From the NCBI GenBank assembly GCA_964557475.1, contig CAZLAG010000002.1:1-39550 (forward strand): a stretch of 39,550 nucleotides of DNA, read 5' to 3'. A model generated the notes under the pieces. That model saw only the letters and a list, made by a program, of their open reading frames with translations. It ran no database searches and was not told where the DNA came from. The position numbers and the translations under genes are program-made. The stretch comes from an uncultured Gammaproteobacteria bacterium (GTDB taxonomy: Bacteria; Patescibacteriota; Microgenomatia; UBA12405). Of this stretch, positions 9,584-18,236 are shown one piece after another (position 1 is the first letter of the stretch; each line of letters opens with the position of its first letter).

Positions 9584-10390
9584 ATGAAATTTTCTATAAT
9601 TATAGTCACTTGGAATACTGCTCAAATAACTAAAAAATGTGTCGAGACTATAAATCAATTTATTCCAGGTCAGGAAATTATTGTTGTCGATAACGGTTCT
9701 CAAGATAATACTTTAGAAGTTTTAAAAAATATAAAAAACGTTAAATTAATTGAAAATAAAGCTAACCTCGGATTTGCCAAAGCTAATAATATTGGCTTAA
9801 AATATGCAACTTCTGAATATATTCTTTTCATGAATTCTGATATTGAGGTAATCGACAATAGTCTTTTAAAGATGATGGATTTTCTAAAAAATAATACCGA
9901 TATAGGAATTATTGGACCAAAATTTTTAAATCCAGACTTTACTCCTCAAGCATCTGTCTTTCCGCCACAAACTTTTATGAATGCTTTCAAAGAATTTTGG
10001 TTAGATAAAAAATATTCTTATTCAAAGTATATTCCAAAAGGCTCAAAACCAATTCAGGTTAACTCTATTTCTGGTGGTTGTTTAGCTACAAATAAAGATT
10101 TTTTTAAATCAATTGGGTCTTGGAATGAAAAATATTTCTTTTATTTTGAAGATATGGATTTGTGTCGCAAAGTGAATCAATCCAATAAAAAGGTTATTTT
10201 TTATCCATCATGTCAAATAATTCATCGTCATGGAGCTAGTGGTAAAAACATAGCTCCAGCAAAAGATCAGTGGCGCCGTCTTATTCCAGGAAGCAAGAAA
10301 TATCATGGATTCTTTAATCATTATCTTATTAATTCAACTATTTGGTCTGGTCAAAAATGGCAAAAATTAAAATCAATTTTCCAAAAATAA
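9584..10390 (+). CDS. Family 2 glycosyltransferase (GT-A), COG1216-like
   Basis: FSIIIVTWNTAQ...VDNGSQDNT...LGFAKANNIG...MNSDIEV...GGCLATNKDFFKSIGSWNEKYFFYFEDMDLCRKV. Confidence 0.85.
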   Translation: MKFSIIIVTWNTAQITKKCVETINQFIPGQEIIVVDNGSQDNTLEVLKNIKNVKLIENKANLGFAKANNIGLKYATSEYILFMNSDIEVIDNSLLKMMDFLKNNTDIGIIGPKFLNPDFTPQASVFPPQTFMNAFKEFWLDKKYSYSKYIPKGSKPIQVNSISGGCLATNKDFFKSIGSWNEKYFFYFEDMDLCRKVNQSNKKVIFYPSCQIIHRHGASGKNIAPAKDQWRRLIPGSKKYHGFFNHYLINSTIWSGQKWQKLKSIFQK

Positions 10391-11700
10391 TTTTAATTGT
10401 ATTTTTAACGTTATTAGCTATTGTTGTAAGATCAATTCCTGTTAAATCTGACAATCAAGGTGATATCTTAGTTCATTACGACTGGTCAAAAACTCTTTAT
10501 CACCAGGACCTAAAAGGCATCTATTTTTACGACAATTGGCTTTATACTCCACTTACTCAACCTCCTCTCATTACCCTTGGATTTTGGGTTTCACGCCACA
10601 TTTATGAAAATAGGTATTTATTATCAGAATTACACAATTTAATCAAAATACCCCCAGCATCAGTTATTCTTTGGTTTGATCATTATGGAGAATTTTTACT
10701 TCTTCGTTTGTGGGCTATTTTAGGTGATATTATTCTTGCCTTTTTCATCTTTGGATTAATATACAAATATAAAAAAGATTTCAATAAAGCTTTATTAGGC
10801 TTTATTTTTATACTATTTAATCCTATCAATTTATTTGAAACTTGGATTTGGGGGCAAAACGATATTGTTTCTGTAGTTTTTGTTTATTTATCATTTTTAA
10901 GCATTAAAAAAAATAAATTCATTTTTTCTCCTTTATTATTTTTAATTGGATTATTTTTTAAACCAACTTGTTTAGTTTTGTTACCTTTTTATATTTTTTA
11001 TTTTTTTAAACAAAACAAAATTCAATTAAATAATTTAATAAAACTATTTATTTCTTTCTTTCTTTGCTTGTCATTTATATTCATTTCATTCAAACCTTTT
11101 TTAGTTAATCCTTTCAATCCTGTTCCAGAAATTAGTAATATTGTTTTACAACGAATGGCACCATCATCCAAAGGTCTTAGTCGAGCTTCAAATTCAGCAT
11201 TTAATTTCTTCTCTTTATTTTTTGAAATAGATAAAACCTACGGTAGTCAACAAATATTGGGCATGAAATTAGATACTTTTGGATTAATTTTCTTTATATT
11301 AATCAATATTTGTGCTGTATATTTTTATTTCAAAAATAAATACCCCAACAATTTAACTAGATTATCATTTATTCTTTTTTTTATTTCTCAGGCAACATTT
11401 TTATTTATGACAGGAATGCTGGAACGATATTTCTTTCCAGCATTTATTGCTTCAATTATTCTTTTATTTTTAAATTTTAAAGATTTTGGTTTTTATATGA
11501 TTATTCAAAATTTAATTTGGTTTTTGAATTTATTTTATTCTTTTTATCAACGTCAAATCGGCTGGGTAAAATTTTTGTTTGAATCAAATTCATTTATCCT
11601 AATCAGGATCCTCTCACTTATTAGTCTTTTAAATTTATTTTTAATAACCAAAAAATATATATCTCTTAAGAAATATTCTGCCACCAAAAGTCTAAATTAA
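10357..11700 (+). CDS. Polytopic GT-C-like glycosyltransferase candidate (ALG6/ALG8-like or Gpi18/PIG-V-like); paralogue of 13536-14837
   Basis: The track starts at TTG 10342 and the first ATG is 10357 (MAKIKINFPKIILIVFL). First-loop pattern GDILVHYDWSKT...TQPPL, then WGQNDIVSV and a late MLERYFFPAF motif. The same ordered motifs occur in 13536-14837 (GDVNATYWW...PDQPML...WGSGDSI...MHERYTFPAL). Multi-TM throughout. The stop at 11698-11700 lies inside the convergent gene. Confidence 0.7.
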   Translation: MAKIKINFPKIILIVFLTLLAIVVRSIPVKSDNQGDILVHYDWSKTLYHQDLKGIYFYDNWLYTPLTQPPLITLGFWVSRHIYENRYLLSELHNLIKIPPASVILWFDHYGEFLLLRLWAILGDIILAFFIFGLIYKYKKDFNKALLGFIFILFNPINLFETWIWGQNDIVSVVFVYLSFLSIKKNKFIFSPLLFLIGLFFKPTCLVLLPFYIFYFFKQNKIQLNNLIKLFISFFLCLSFIFISFKPFLVNPFNPVPEISNIVLQRMAPSSKGLSRASNSAFNFFSLFFEIDKTYGSQQILGMKLDTFGLIFFILINICAVYFYFKNKYPNNLTRLSFILFFISQATFLFMTGMLERYFFPAFIASIILLFLNFKDFGFYMIIQNLIWFLNLFYSFYQRQIGWVKFLFESNSFILIRILSLISLLNLFLITKKYISLKKYSATKSLN

Positions 11701-13069
11701 TTTTATTTAGATATTTTATATTTAAATAAATTACTCCAGTAAATATCAAAACTAATAATAATCTCCAAAATATATTGGATTTGTTTTTAAAAGCTAAAGA
11801 TATTGTCAATCCAAAAAATATTAATGAAATTCCAAATCTCCACCAATTGGAAAAGATTTGAAATTCAAAAACATTAATAAGATTATTAATTCCTGCCCCT
11901 AAAACGATTATTGAAATAAAAAAATTCAGTAATAAATTATTACCATTTTTAATTCCATCAGCCCAAAATTTTGCCAACAAGATAATTAACATTGGCCAAA
12001 AAATAAAAGCATACCAACCATATGGTTGACTACCAAAAAATATATAAACTATTAGATAAGATAAAATTCCCAAAAGGGTTATTTTTAAACCTTTATCAGT
12101 TTTTTTCTTTCCCAAGAAGTAACCAAACAATATCCATCCACAAATTATTGCTGCTTCTGGTAAAAATTTATGTTGAGTCAAACGTTGATTTCTAATCAAC
12201 TCCAATATCGAAGATGAACCAATTCCATAAAAACGATTATAATTTGAAAATAAAATATTTTTAAAATTTTGTAATCCATAAACCGATCCATAGACTACAA
12301 ACAGAAAACTAATTGGGACACTAACAGCCAAGAAAAATAACAAATCATTAAAAAACTTTTTTGTTAAACCCTTATGTTCAATTATCAAAACAAAAAAGGT
12401 TAATAAATAACAAACTATTCCAGTAAGTTTAAATAAAGTAGCTACACCAGCCAATAGGGCCGTTAAAAACAGAAATATACTATTTTTATTTTTAAGGTAT
12501 AAAGAAAGAAAAATCATACAGCCAAGCAAACAGGGAATAATCGCATTTTCTGCTTGAATCATCCTATTACTTAAAACCACCAATGGTATAGTGGCATACA
12601 ACAATCCTCCAACAACAGCCGTTATAAAATTAAAATTAATCCAACAAAAAATCATCAACAACATTACTGAAAATGTCGAAATTATAATAATTGGTTTTCT
12701 GATAATCGAGGTAACAGTATCTTCAAAAACCCTAGCACCAGACAAATAAGCATATGATCCAGTAATTAAACCTAATAAAGGTGGGTGATCCATCCAAGGA
12801 TAATTAATTTCTAAAGGATCTCCAGTAGAAACAGTTTGAAAAAATCTATCAACATTTACATATCTAAATAAAGAATGTTGGTTTCCTCCCAATCCTGATA
12901 TGCCTATTGGCATTCCTGTTTCTATTAAAGACAACCCTACCCAAGAATAACTATATTCATCTGCAGATTGTCCAGGGATTGGAATTTCAGCATAATTCTT
13001 TTTTCTCAAAAATAAAGCTAATATCAAAACCAAAACAAAAATTATTACTTTAAATATATTTTTAATCAT
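11666..13069 (-). CDS. ArnT/PMT-like GT-C glycosyltransferase (PMT_2 / GT39-GT83-like)
   Basis: The track starts at 13084. The internal ATG at 13069 forms an ATGA overlap with the stop of the upstream minus-strand gene and gives MIKNIFKVIIFVLVL... like the paralogues. Motifs: SADEYSYSWVGLSL after TM1, and WMDHPPL. Multi-TM. Confidence 0.75.
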   Translation of the reverse strand: MIKNIFKVIIFVLVLILALFLRKKNYAEIPIPGQSADEYSYSWVGLSLIETGMPIGISGLGGNQHSLFRYVNVDRFFQTVSTGDPLEINYPWMDHPPLLGLITGSYAYLSGARVFEDTVTSIIRKPIIIISTFSVMLLMIFCWINFNFITAVVGGLLYATIPLVVLSNRMIQAENAIIPCLLGCMIFLSLYLKNKNSIFLFLTALLAGVATLFKLTGIVCYLLTFFVLIIEHKGLTKKFFNDLLFFLAVSVPISFLFVVYGSVYGLQNFKNILFSNYNRFYGIGSSSILELIRNQRLTQHKFLPEAAIICGWILFGYFLGKKKTDKGLKITLLGILSYLIVYIFFGSQPYGWYAFIFWPMLIILLAKFWADGIKNGNNLLLNFFISIIVLGAGINNLINVFEFQIFSNWWRFGISLIFFGLTISLAFKNKSNIFWRLLLVLIFTGVIYLNIKYLNKINLDFWWQNIS

Positions 13070-13515
13070 TTTTTTTCTACACATTTTAATGTAACAGCCG
13101 ACTTAATTTCTTGAAAATAATCATTTTTATTTATTTCTTTACCATCAATATAACAAGAAAAATTTCCATCTAATATTTTTTTATTAAACCCTACAATTCT
13201 TTCGTATTCATTTAAAAAACCTGCATAAGTTTTATCTTCAATTGCTGACAAAGAAAGAGTACTATTGGCTTTTTTACCATCTCGACAATTGATTTCAACT
13301 TTTACATAATCTGTCTTTTTTGGATCACCCAATATTTGATATTTACACAAATCATCAGTTTTATCTCTAAATTTCGATTGACCCATAATCAATGTGTTAA
13401 CTTTTTCTTCAGAAAAATTATTTTTTAATCTTTTTTTTAGACCAAAATAAATTGTTGTCACAATTACAAGGTAAACAATCAAAAAACCAATTAATAATTT
13501 ACTTCTTCGAGTCAT
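13066..13515 (-). CDS. Small N-terminally membrane-anchored protein with four Cys, unknown function
   Basis: ATG at 13515-13513 (the track adds one upstream TTG codon). One N-terminal TM (LLIGFLIVYLVIVTTIYFGL), then a ~115-aa hydrophilic domain with 4 Cys (DDLCKY, INCRDG, FSCYIDG, LKCVEKK). Translationally coupled (ATGA) to the downstream GT-C gene. No recognisable family. Confidence 0.55.
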   Translation of the reverse strand: MTRRSKLLIGFLIVYLVIVTTIYFGLKKRLKNNFSEEKVNTLIMGQSKFRDKTDDLCKYQILGDPKKTDYVKVEINCRDGKKANSTLSLSAIEDKTYAGFLNEYERIVGFNKKILDGNFSCYIDGKEINKNDYFQEIKSAVTLKCVEKK

Positions 13516-13518
13516 CAA

Positions 13519-13531
13519 TATATTATATATT
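13519..13531. promoter_or_regulatory. AT-only divergent spacer with back-to-back -10-like hexamers (minus-strand TATAAT 13527-13522; plus-strand TATATT 13526-13531)
   Basis: The minus-strand TATAAT is separated by exactly 6 nt from the A of the ATG at 13515. This is the geometry expected for a leaderless transcript. Such hexamers are common by chance in DNA this AT-rich. Confidence 0.35.
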
Positions 13532-13535
13532 TAAA

Positions 13536-14837
13536 GTGATTAAAGGTATATATCAGAAGCTTGATTTAAAAAGAATATTAATTTTTGCTCTTTTAATTCG
13601 ACTTTTTTGTTGGCCTTGGATTTATCATGGTGATGTCAATGCCACTTATTGGTGGGGGAGATTTGCTAGCGAATTCACCTGGAGAGGCTATTATGATTGG
13701 TTATTTTTTGGTGGACACGGCATTCCAGATCAACCAATGTTGAATATTTATTACAATTGGGGTGTCCGACAAATATATTTATTTTTGTACAATATATTTT
13801 GGTTTTTAAATCAAAATATTAGGTTGTTTCCATCAAAATTCATGCAATGGTACTTTTTAGAAGGAAATCAATATCTTTTAAAAATGCCAATGGTTTTTGC
13901 TGATTTAATCCTAATTTATCTTTGTTCAAAATTTACTAAATCAAAATCTATTGCCATAATTCTAAGTTTGTACCCACCTATGATTTACAATAGTGCAGTT
14001 TGGGGAAGTGGTGACAGTATTATTAATTTATTGGCCTTACTTGGATTTTATTTTCTATGGAAAAAACGGTATACACCAGCATTTTTATTTTATGTCAGTT
14101 CTGTACTTTACAAACCATCTCTTTTAATTTGGTCTATTATTATTCCTATTATTTTAATAAAAAATAAAGTTAATCTTAAAAAGATTATCGTTTCCGGATT
14201 GATTACTCTTCTTTTTATTTATTTAATCTGTTTACCTTTTAGTCCAATAGAAATTAATCCTTTAATATGGTTTTTTACTACCATGATGACCAAAATTCTG
14301 CCTGGAATTATGGATCAAGTAACTGCCAATGCTATGAATTTTTGGGCACTAATTTTTGGTTTAAAACCCAAACTTGATGAATTTTTAATTTTTAATTTAA
14401 TCAGTGCTAGATCGTTTTCCTTAATTTTTTGTTTTATTTTATATTTAATAATTTTAATTAAATTATTCAAAAATTATTCTCAAAAGAATCTATTATTAAC
14501 ATTGGTTACTATCACTATGGCTACTTTTACCTTTATGACTAGAATGCATGAACGATATACTTTTCCCGCCTTAATTCCTTTGCTATTACTTTCATATCAA
14601 GATCGTCGATTTGCAAAATATTTTTTTATACTGTCGATTACCCACATGATTAATGTTTATAGCGGTTGGTGGACACCTCATATACCTTTTTTAATCAAAC
14701 TTTTTGACAATCAATTTACCGTCCGCAGTATCAGTCTAATCAATATTATTATTACTCTTAAATTAATTTTCTTTAATTTTAATATAAATAAAACTAATCA
14801 AAATCAATCCTGTCCACCACCACCAAAGAAAAGATAA
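13536..14837 (+). CDS. Polytopic GT-C-like glycosyltransferase candidate (ALG6/ALG8-like or Gpi18/PIG-V-like); paralogue of 10357-11700
   Basis: The track starts at TTG 13452, which would overlap the divergent gene's 5' end by more than 60 nt. In-frame GTG 13536 (VIKGIYQKLDLKRILIFALLIRLF) aligns with the paralogue's N-terminus. Motifs as listed for 10357-11700. The last 25 codons overlap the convergent gene. Confidence 0.7.
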   Translation: MIKGIYQKLDLKRILIFALLIRLFCWPWIYHGDVNATYWWGRFASEFTWRGYYDWLFFGGHGIPDQPMLNIYYNWGVRQIYLFLYNIFWFLNQNIRLFPSKFMQWYFLEGNQYLLKMPMVFADLILIYLCSKFTKSKSIAIILSLYPPMIYNSAVWGSGDSIINLLALLGFYFLWKKRYTPAFLFYVSSVLYKPSLLIWSIIIPIILIKNKVNLKKIIVSGLITLLFIYLICLPFSPIEINPLIWFFTTMMTKILPGIMDQVTANAMNFWALIFGLKPKLDEFLIFNLISARSFSLIFCFILYLIILIKLFKNYSQKNLLLTLVTITMATFTFMTRMHERYTFPALIPLLLLSYQDRRFAKYFFILSITHMINVYSGWWTPHIPFLIKLFDNQFTVRSISLINIIITLKLIFFNFNINKTNQNQSCPPPPKKR

Positions 14838-16541
14838 TTTTATTCCAATTTCTTTTATTGAAGTTTTAGTATAACTAAAAAAATTAATTGCTAGCCTATC
14901 TTTACTATCTATTTTTACTTTTAAACTTTGATCTTTATTAATTGTTTCTTTCAATCCAATCTCTAGAGATTTCGAATTAGACATATTTTCTGGAATATCT
15001 ACTCTCAACCAACCATCAGGAGTTGCATTGTAAGCAGTAAAATCTTTTTCTATTTTATTATCAAAATTGTCTTTTATTAATAAGACACCTTTATCATTAG
15101 AACTATCTTTAACTTTATCCAAAGAAAACTCTAAATATTTTAAACCCTTTTCAACTTCATAAGACCATTTTTTTTGATCTACTTCTGATAATAAAACTCT
15201 CTTTTCGGAAACCTTACTATCAATTCTTTTTTGAACTTTAAAATTATTTAAACCAACAATTAAAATTATCCAAAAAAACCATGGTACCAATAACCACCAT
15301 TTTTTAAAATGAATTTTATTATTTTTTATATCGATAGTTTTAGTTTTTCGTCCCAAAAACCATATTGCTGTACCGGCCAAAATCGTCTGAGCCAGATTTA
15401 TTAATGTTGAAATATCAATTCCTTTATTTTTAGTAAATTCAATTAAACTTGGGAAATTAATTAAATTAGGAATTACGGGTGTCAACAAACCCCAAGTCAA
15501 AAATCTATCATCAAATCCCAAAGCCAATATTAACCAGCTAACAAAAATAATTATAAGTGGTAAATAAACATTTTTATTTGGTTTTTCACTAAAAAGTAAT
15601 ATTGATAAAAAAGGCATCAACCAAAGCATCCATTGTGGATTGAAATGACAGAAAGCCAAAATCACCAAACAAGTTTGTACTAAAACCAAAGTTACATTAT
15701 TAATAGTTTTTTTCTTATTAAAAGATTTAATTGCCAAAAAAACCAATAAAAGAGGAACTATTAATATCTCTTTTCCAAAACCCAAGGGAATATTAGCTAT
15801 AAACATTCTTTGAGATAAACCAGAATTTAAAACAGCTTCAATAAAATAACTTTTACTCAACCAAGGAAGCATTATTAAAAAATAAACCAAAACTACACTA
15901 GCTGATTTAAAAATTAACTTAATTATCTTTTTTTCCCAAACAAACAAAAACATTAAAGACCATATAATAGGATAATTTTTTACCCCAGATGCCAATCCCC
16001 AAAGTAAAGCTGTTAACCACCATTTGTCAATTAAATAAATTCCCAATAAAAACAATGTTATCGCCACAATGTCGTTTTGGCCCATAGCCACTAAAGAATA
16101 TAAAGTTATAGGATTTAAACACCAAAATAAAATTGCTTTTTTGCCCAAATCTATATTGCTAGTATATTTCCAAACAATTTTAAAAATTAACCAACCACTT
16201 AATAATCCTAAAATTAATAATGGTATTTTAGTCGCCAAAGTATATTTCATTATCTTAAGATCAAAAGAAGCTTGAGCACTACCACTGGCCAACCATTCAT
16301 CAAATCCATTTCCGGCTATAAATTTTGATATTGGATAATGAATTTTTAACCACCAATAATGAGCTGGAGGATAATGAAAATCGGGAATGTCTAAACTATG
16401 TTCATTTAAATAAGAATATATATTCCAAACTTTTCCATTTTCTAAGGCTGGATATCTCAAAGTTAATTTTGTATCAGGGTGATAAGTTAATGGAGCCAAA
16501 AGACCCCAAATCAAAACTATTAAACAAAGAATTTTTTTCAT
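14763..16541 (-). CDS. Polytopic GT-C-like glycosyltransferase candidate with C-terminal soluble domain and terminal TM anchor
   Basis: 592 aa from the ATG at 16541-16539. First-loop motif HPDTKL...FHYPPAHYWW, and a MGQNDIVAI motif shared with 10357-11700. Many TM segments. A ~150-aa hydrophilic domain (KVQKRIDSK...FSYTKTS) is followed by a final TM (LSFLWWWWTGLILISFIYI). Confidence 0.7.
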   Translation of the reverse strand: MKKILCLIVLIWGLLAPLTYHPDTKLTLRYPALENGKVWNIYSYLNEHSLDIPDFHYPPAHYWWLKIHYPISKFIAGNGFDEWLASGSAQASFDLKIMKYTLATKIPLLILGLLSGWLIFKIVWKYTSNIDLGKKAILFWCLNPITLYSLVAMGQNDIVAITLFLLGIYLIDKWWLTALLWGLASGVKNYPIIWSLMFLFVWEKKIIKLIFKSASVVLVYFLIMLPWLSKSYFIEAVLNSGLSQRMFIANIPLGFGKEILIVPLLLVFLAIKSFNKKKTINNVTLVLVQTCLVILAFCHFNPQWMLWLMPFLSILLFSEKPNKNVYLPLIIIFVSWLILALGFDDRFLTWGLLTPVIPNLINFPSLIEFTKNKGIDISTLINLAQTILAGTAIWFLGRKTKTIDIKNNKIHFKKWWLLVPWFFWIILIVGLNNFKVQKRIDSKVSEKRVLLSEVDQKKWSYEVEKGLKYLEFSLDKVKDSSNDKGVLLIKDNFDNKIEKDFTAYNATPDGWLRVDIPENMSNSKSLEIGLKETINKDQSLKVKIDSKDRLAINFFSYTKTSIKEIGIKLSFLWWWWTGLILISFIYIKIKEN

Positions 16542-16555
16542 ACTGTTTTCACTAA

Positions 16556-16572
16556 AGTATAACAGTTATACT
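16556..16572. promoter_or_regulatory. Perfect 17-bp palindrome AGTATAAC-A-GTTATACT in the 39-bp divergent spacer; candidate bidirectional -10 pair and/or operator
   Basis: Read directly: 8-bp arms 16556-16563 and 16565-16572 are exact reverse complements. Each strand therefore carries TATACT: on the plus strand at 16567-16572, 8 nt before ATG 16581; on the minus strand at 16561-16556, 14 nt before the ATG at 16541. A third half-site copy, ACTGTT, sits at 16542-16547. Confidence 0.5.
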
Positions 16573-16580
16573 AAATCAAA

Positions 16581-18236
16581 ATGAAAATAAAAATTTTCAT
16601 CGCAATTCTTATTATATCCTTAGCTGCTTTTGTCCGGCTTTATCAATTAAACAATTTACCACCGTCACTTTACTACGATGAAATTGATGCTGGTTATCAA
16701 GCTCAGATATTTAATCAAAACAAGACTGACTATTATGGAAATAAGTTTCCAATTCATTTTCAATCATTCGGAGACTTTCGCACCTCTCTCCATATTTATA
16801 CCATTGCTTTAACTCAAAAAATTATTTCCAATCCCGATATATCTGTTAGATTACCATCAGCCATTTTTGGGATTTTATCAGTAATCATTTTTTATCTTAT
16901 TACCAAATCTTGGTTATCTGCCTTACTTTTAGCTATCTCACCTTGGGCAGTTCATTATAGTCGAATCGGTTTTGAAGTCTCTGGTATGCTCTTTTTTATT
17001 CTTTTAGGTATATATTTTTGGCAAAAATTTTTAAATCAACAAAAGATATTTTACCTTTATTTAGCCTCATTTTCATTTTGTCTCTCTCCATATTTTTATA
17101 GTACTTCTAAATTATTTTTAATATTTATTGGTCTGATTATACTTTTTACCAGTTATAGACAAATTTTTAGTCTCGGTTTTAAGAAGATATTTTTATTAAT
17201 TATATTCACTTTATTACTCTTAACTCCTTTAACTATAGATACCCTAAAAGGTAAGGCTGGTTTTCGTTTTCAATATATTAGTATTTTTACTCAACCGCAT
17301 TCAGAACAAATTGTTGATAGTCTTCGTTTTGAAGATGCTTCTATTGATCATCCGAACCAAATTGGTATCAAAACTTCTTTAGTTTCAAAAATTGCCCACA
17401 ATAAATATCAACTAGTGATCAATCGTTTTGTAAAAAATTATCTTTCATCATTTTCTATTAATTTTCTTTTGCTCGGCGGCGACAGTAATATAAGACATGG
17501 TTTTGGCGGTAATTTTGGTCTAATTTATATAACTGATTTATTTCTTATTATTTATGGATTTATATTTTTATTTTCCAGTAAAAAAAATACTTCATTAACT
17601 TCATTTTTATTCTATTTATTAATTCTTTCTCCAATTCCATACGCCTTAACCCGTGATACCGATTCACCTCATGCTACTAGGTTAATTTTAATGTTGCCAT
17701 CACTAATATATTTCACTAGTTTAGGAATTCAATTTTTAGTTAAGAAACATTCTTGGACAAAATATTTAATCTTCATCTTTTATTCCGTCAGTTTTTTAAA
17801 TTTTTGTCACTACTATAAATATCATTACCCAAATCAATCAGCCATGGCTTGGCAAACAGGCATGAAAGAGACAGTTATCGCTACCAACGAATATCCTCAA
17901 TCAACCCTTGTTTTTTCAGATAGTTATATTTCTTTTGTTTCATTTTTGCTTTATTACCGACCTTATTCCCTTACCAAAGGGGATTCTATAAAAAATCATC
18001 TAACTAATTTTTCCAATGAATCTTTTTCAGGACAACTACTCGATCATCAATTTTATTTTGGTACCATAAATTGGTCCAACACAAATAATTTTTCTGCCGA
18101 TACCTTATATATTGTTCCAAAATCTGAATATCAGGCTAAATCTTTATCATCTTCATTTAAGATACTCCGAAATATTCCCAAAAAATATACCAACCAAGAA
18201 GAATTTTATATAATTAAAAAAGAGTTATCTCGATGA
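16581..18236 (+). CDS. ArnT/PMT-like GT-C glycosyltransferase (GT39/GT83-like), paralogue 1 of the tandem array
   Basis: TM1, then LYYDEIDAGYQAQIF...FQSFGDFRT...HYSRIGFEVSG. Multi-TM core. The C-terminal soluble domain AWQTGMKETV... aligns with the paralogues. Confidence 0.8.
   Translation: MKIKIFIAILIISLAAFVRLYQLNNLPPSLYYDEIDAGYQAQIFNQNKTDYYGNKFPIHFQSFGDFRTSLHIYTIALTQKIISNPDISVRLPSAIFGILSVIIFYLITKSWLSALLLAISPWAVHYSRIGFEVSGMLFFILLGIYFWQKFLNQQKIFYLYLASFSFCLSPYFYSTSKLFLIFIGLIILFTSYRQIFSLGFKKIFLLIIFTLLLLTPLTIDTLKGKAGFRFQYISIFTQPHSEQIVDSLRFEDASIDHPNQIGIKTSLVSKIAHNKYQLVINRFVKNYLSSFSINFLLLGGDSNIRHGFGGNFGLIYITDLFLIIYGFIFLFSSKKNTSLTSFLFYLLILSPIPYALTRDTDSPHATRLILMLPSLIYFTSLGIQFLVKKHSWTKYLIFIFYSVSFLNFCHYYKYHYPNQSAMAWQTGMKETVIATNEYPQSTLVFSDSYISFVSFLLYYRPYSLTKGDSIKNHLTNFSNESFSGQLLDHQFYFGTINWSNTNNFSADTLYIVPKSEYQAKSLSSSFKILRNIPKKYTNQEEFYIIKKELSR

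Noticed and set aside
11666-16580. Invertible DNA segments (site-specific inversion) as the cause of the alternating gene orientation.
   Set aside because: I found no matching inverted repeats flanking the minus-strand blocks beyond low-complexity AT runs. No recombinase or invertase gene is present in the window.
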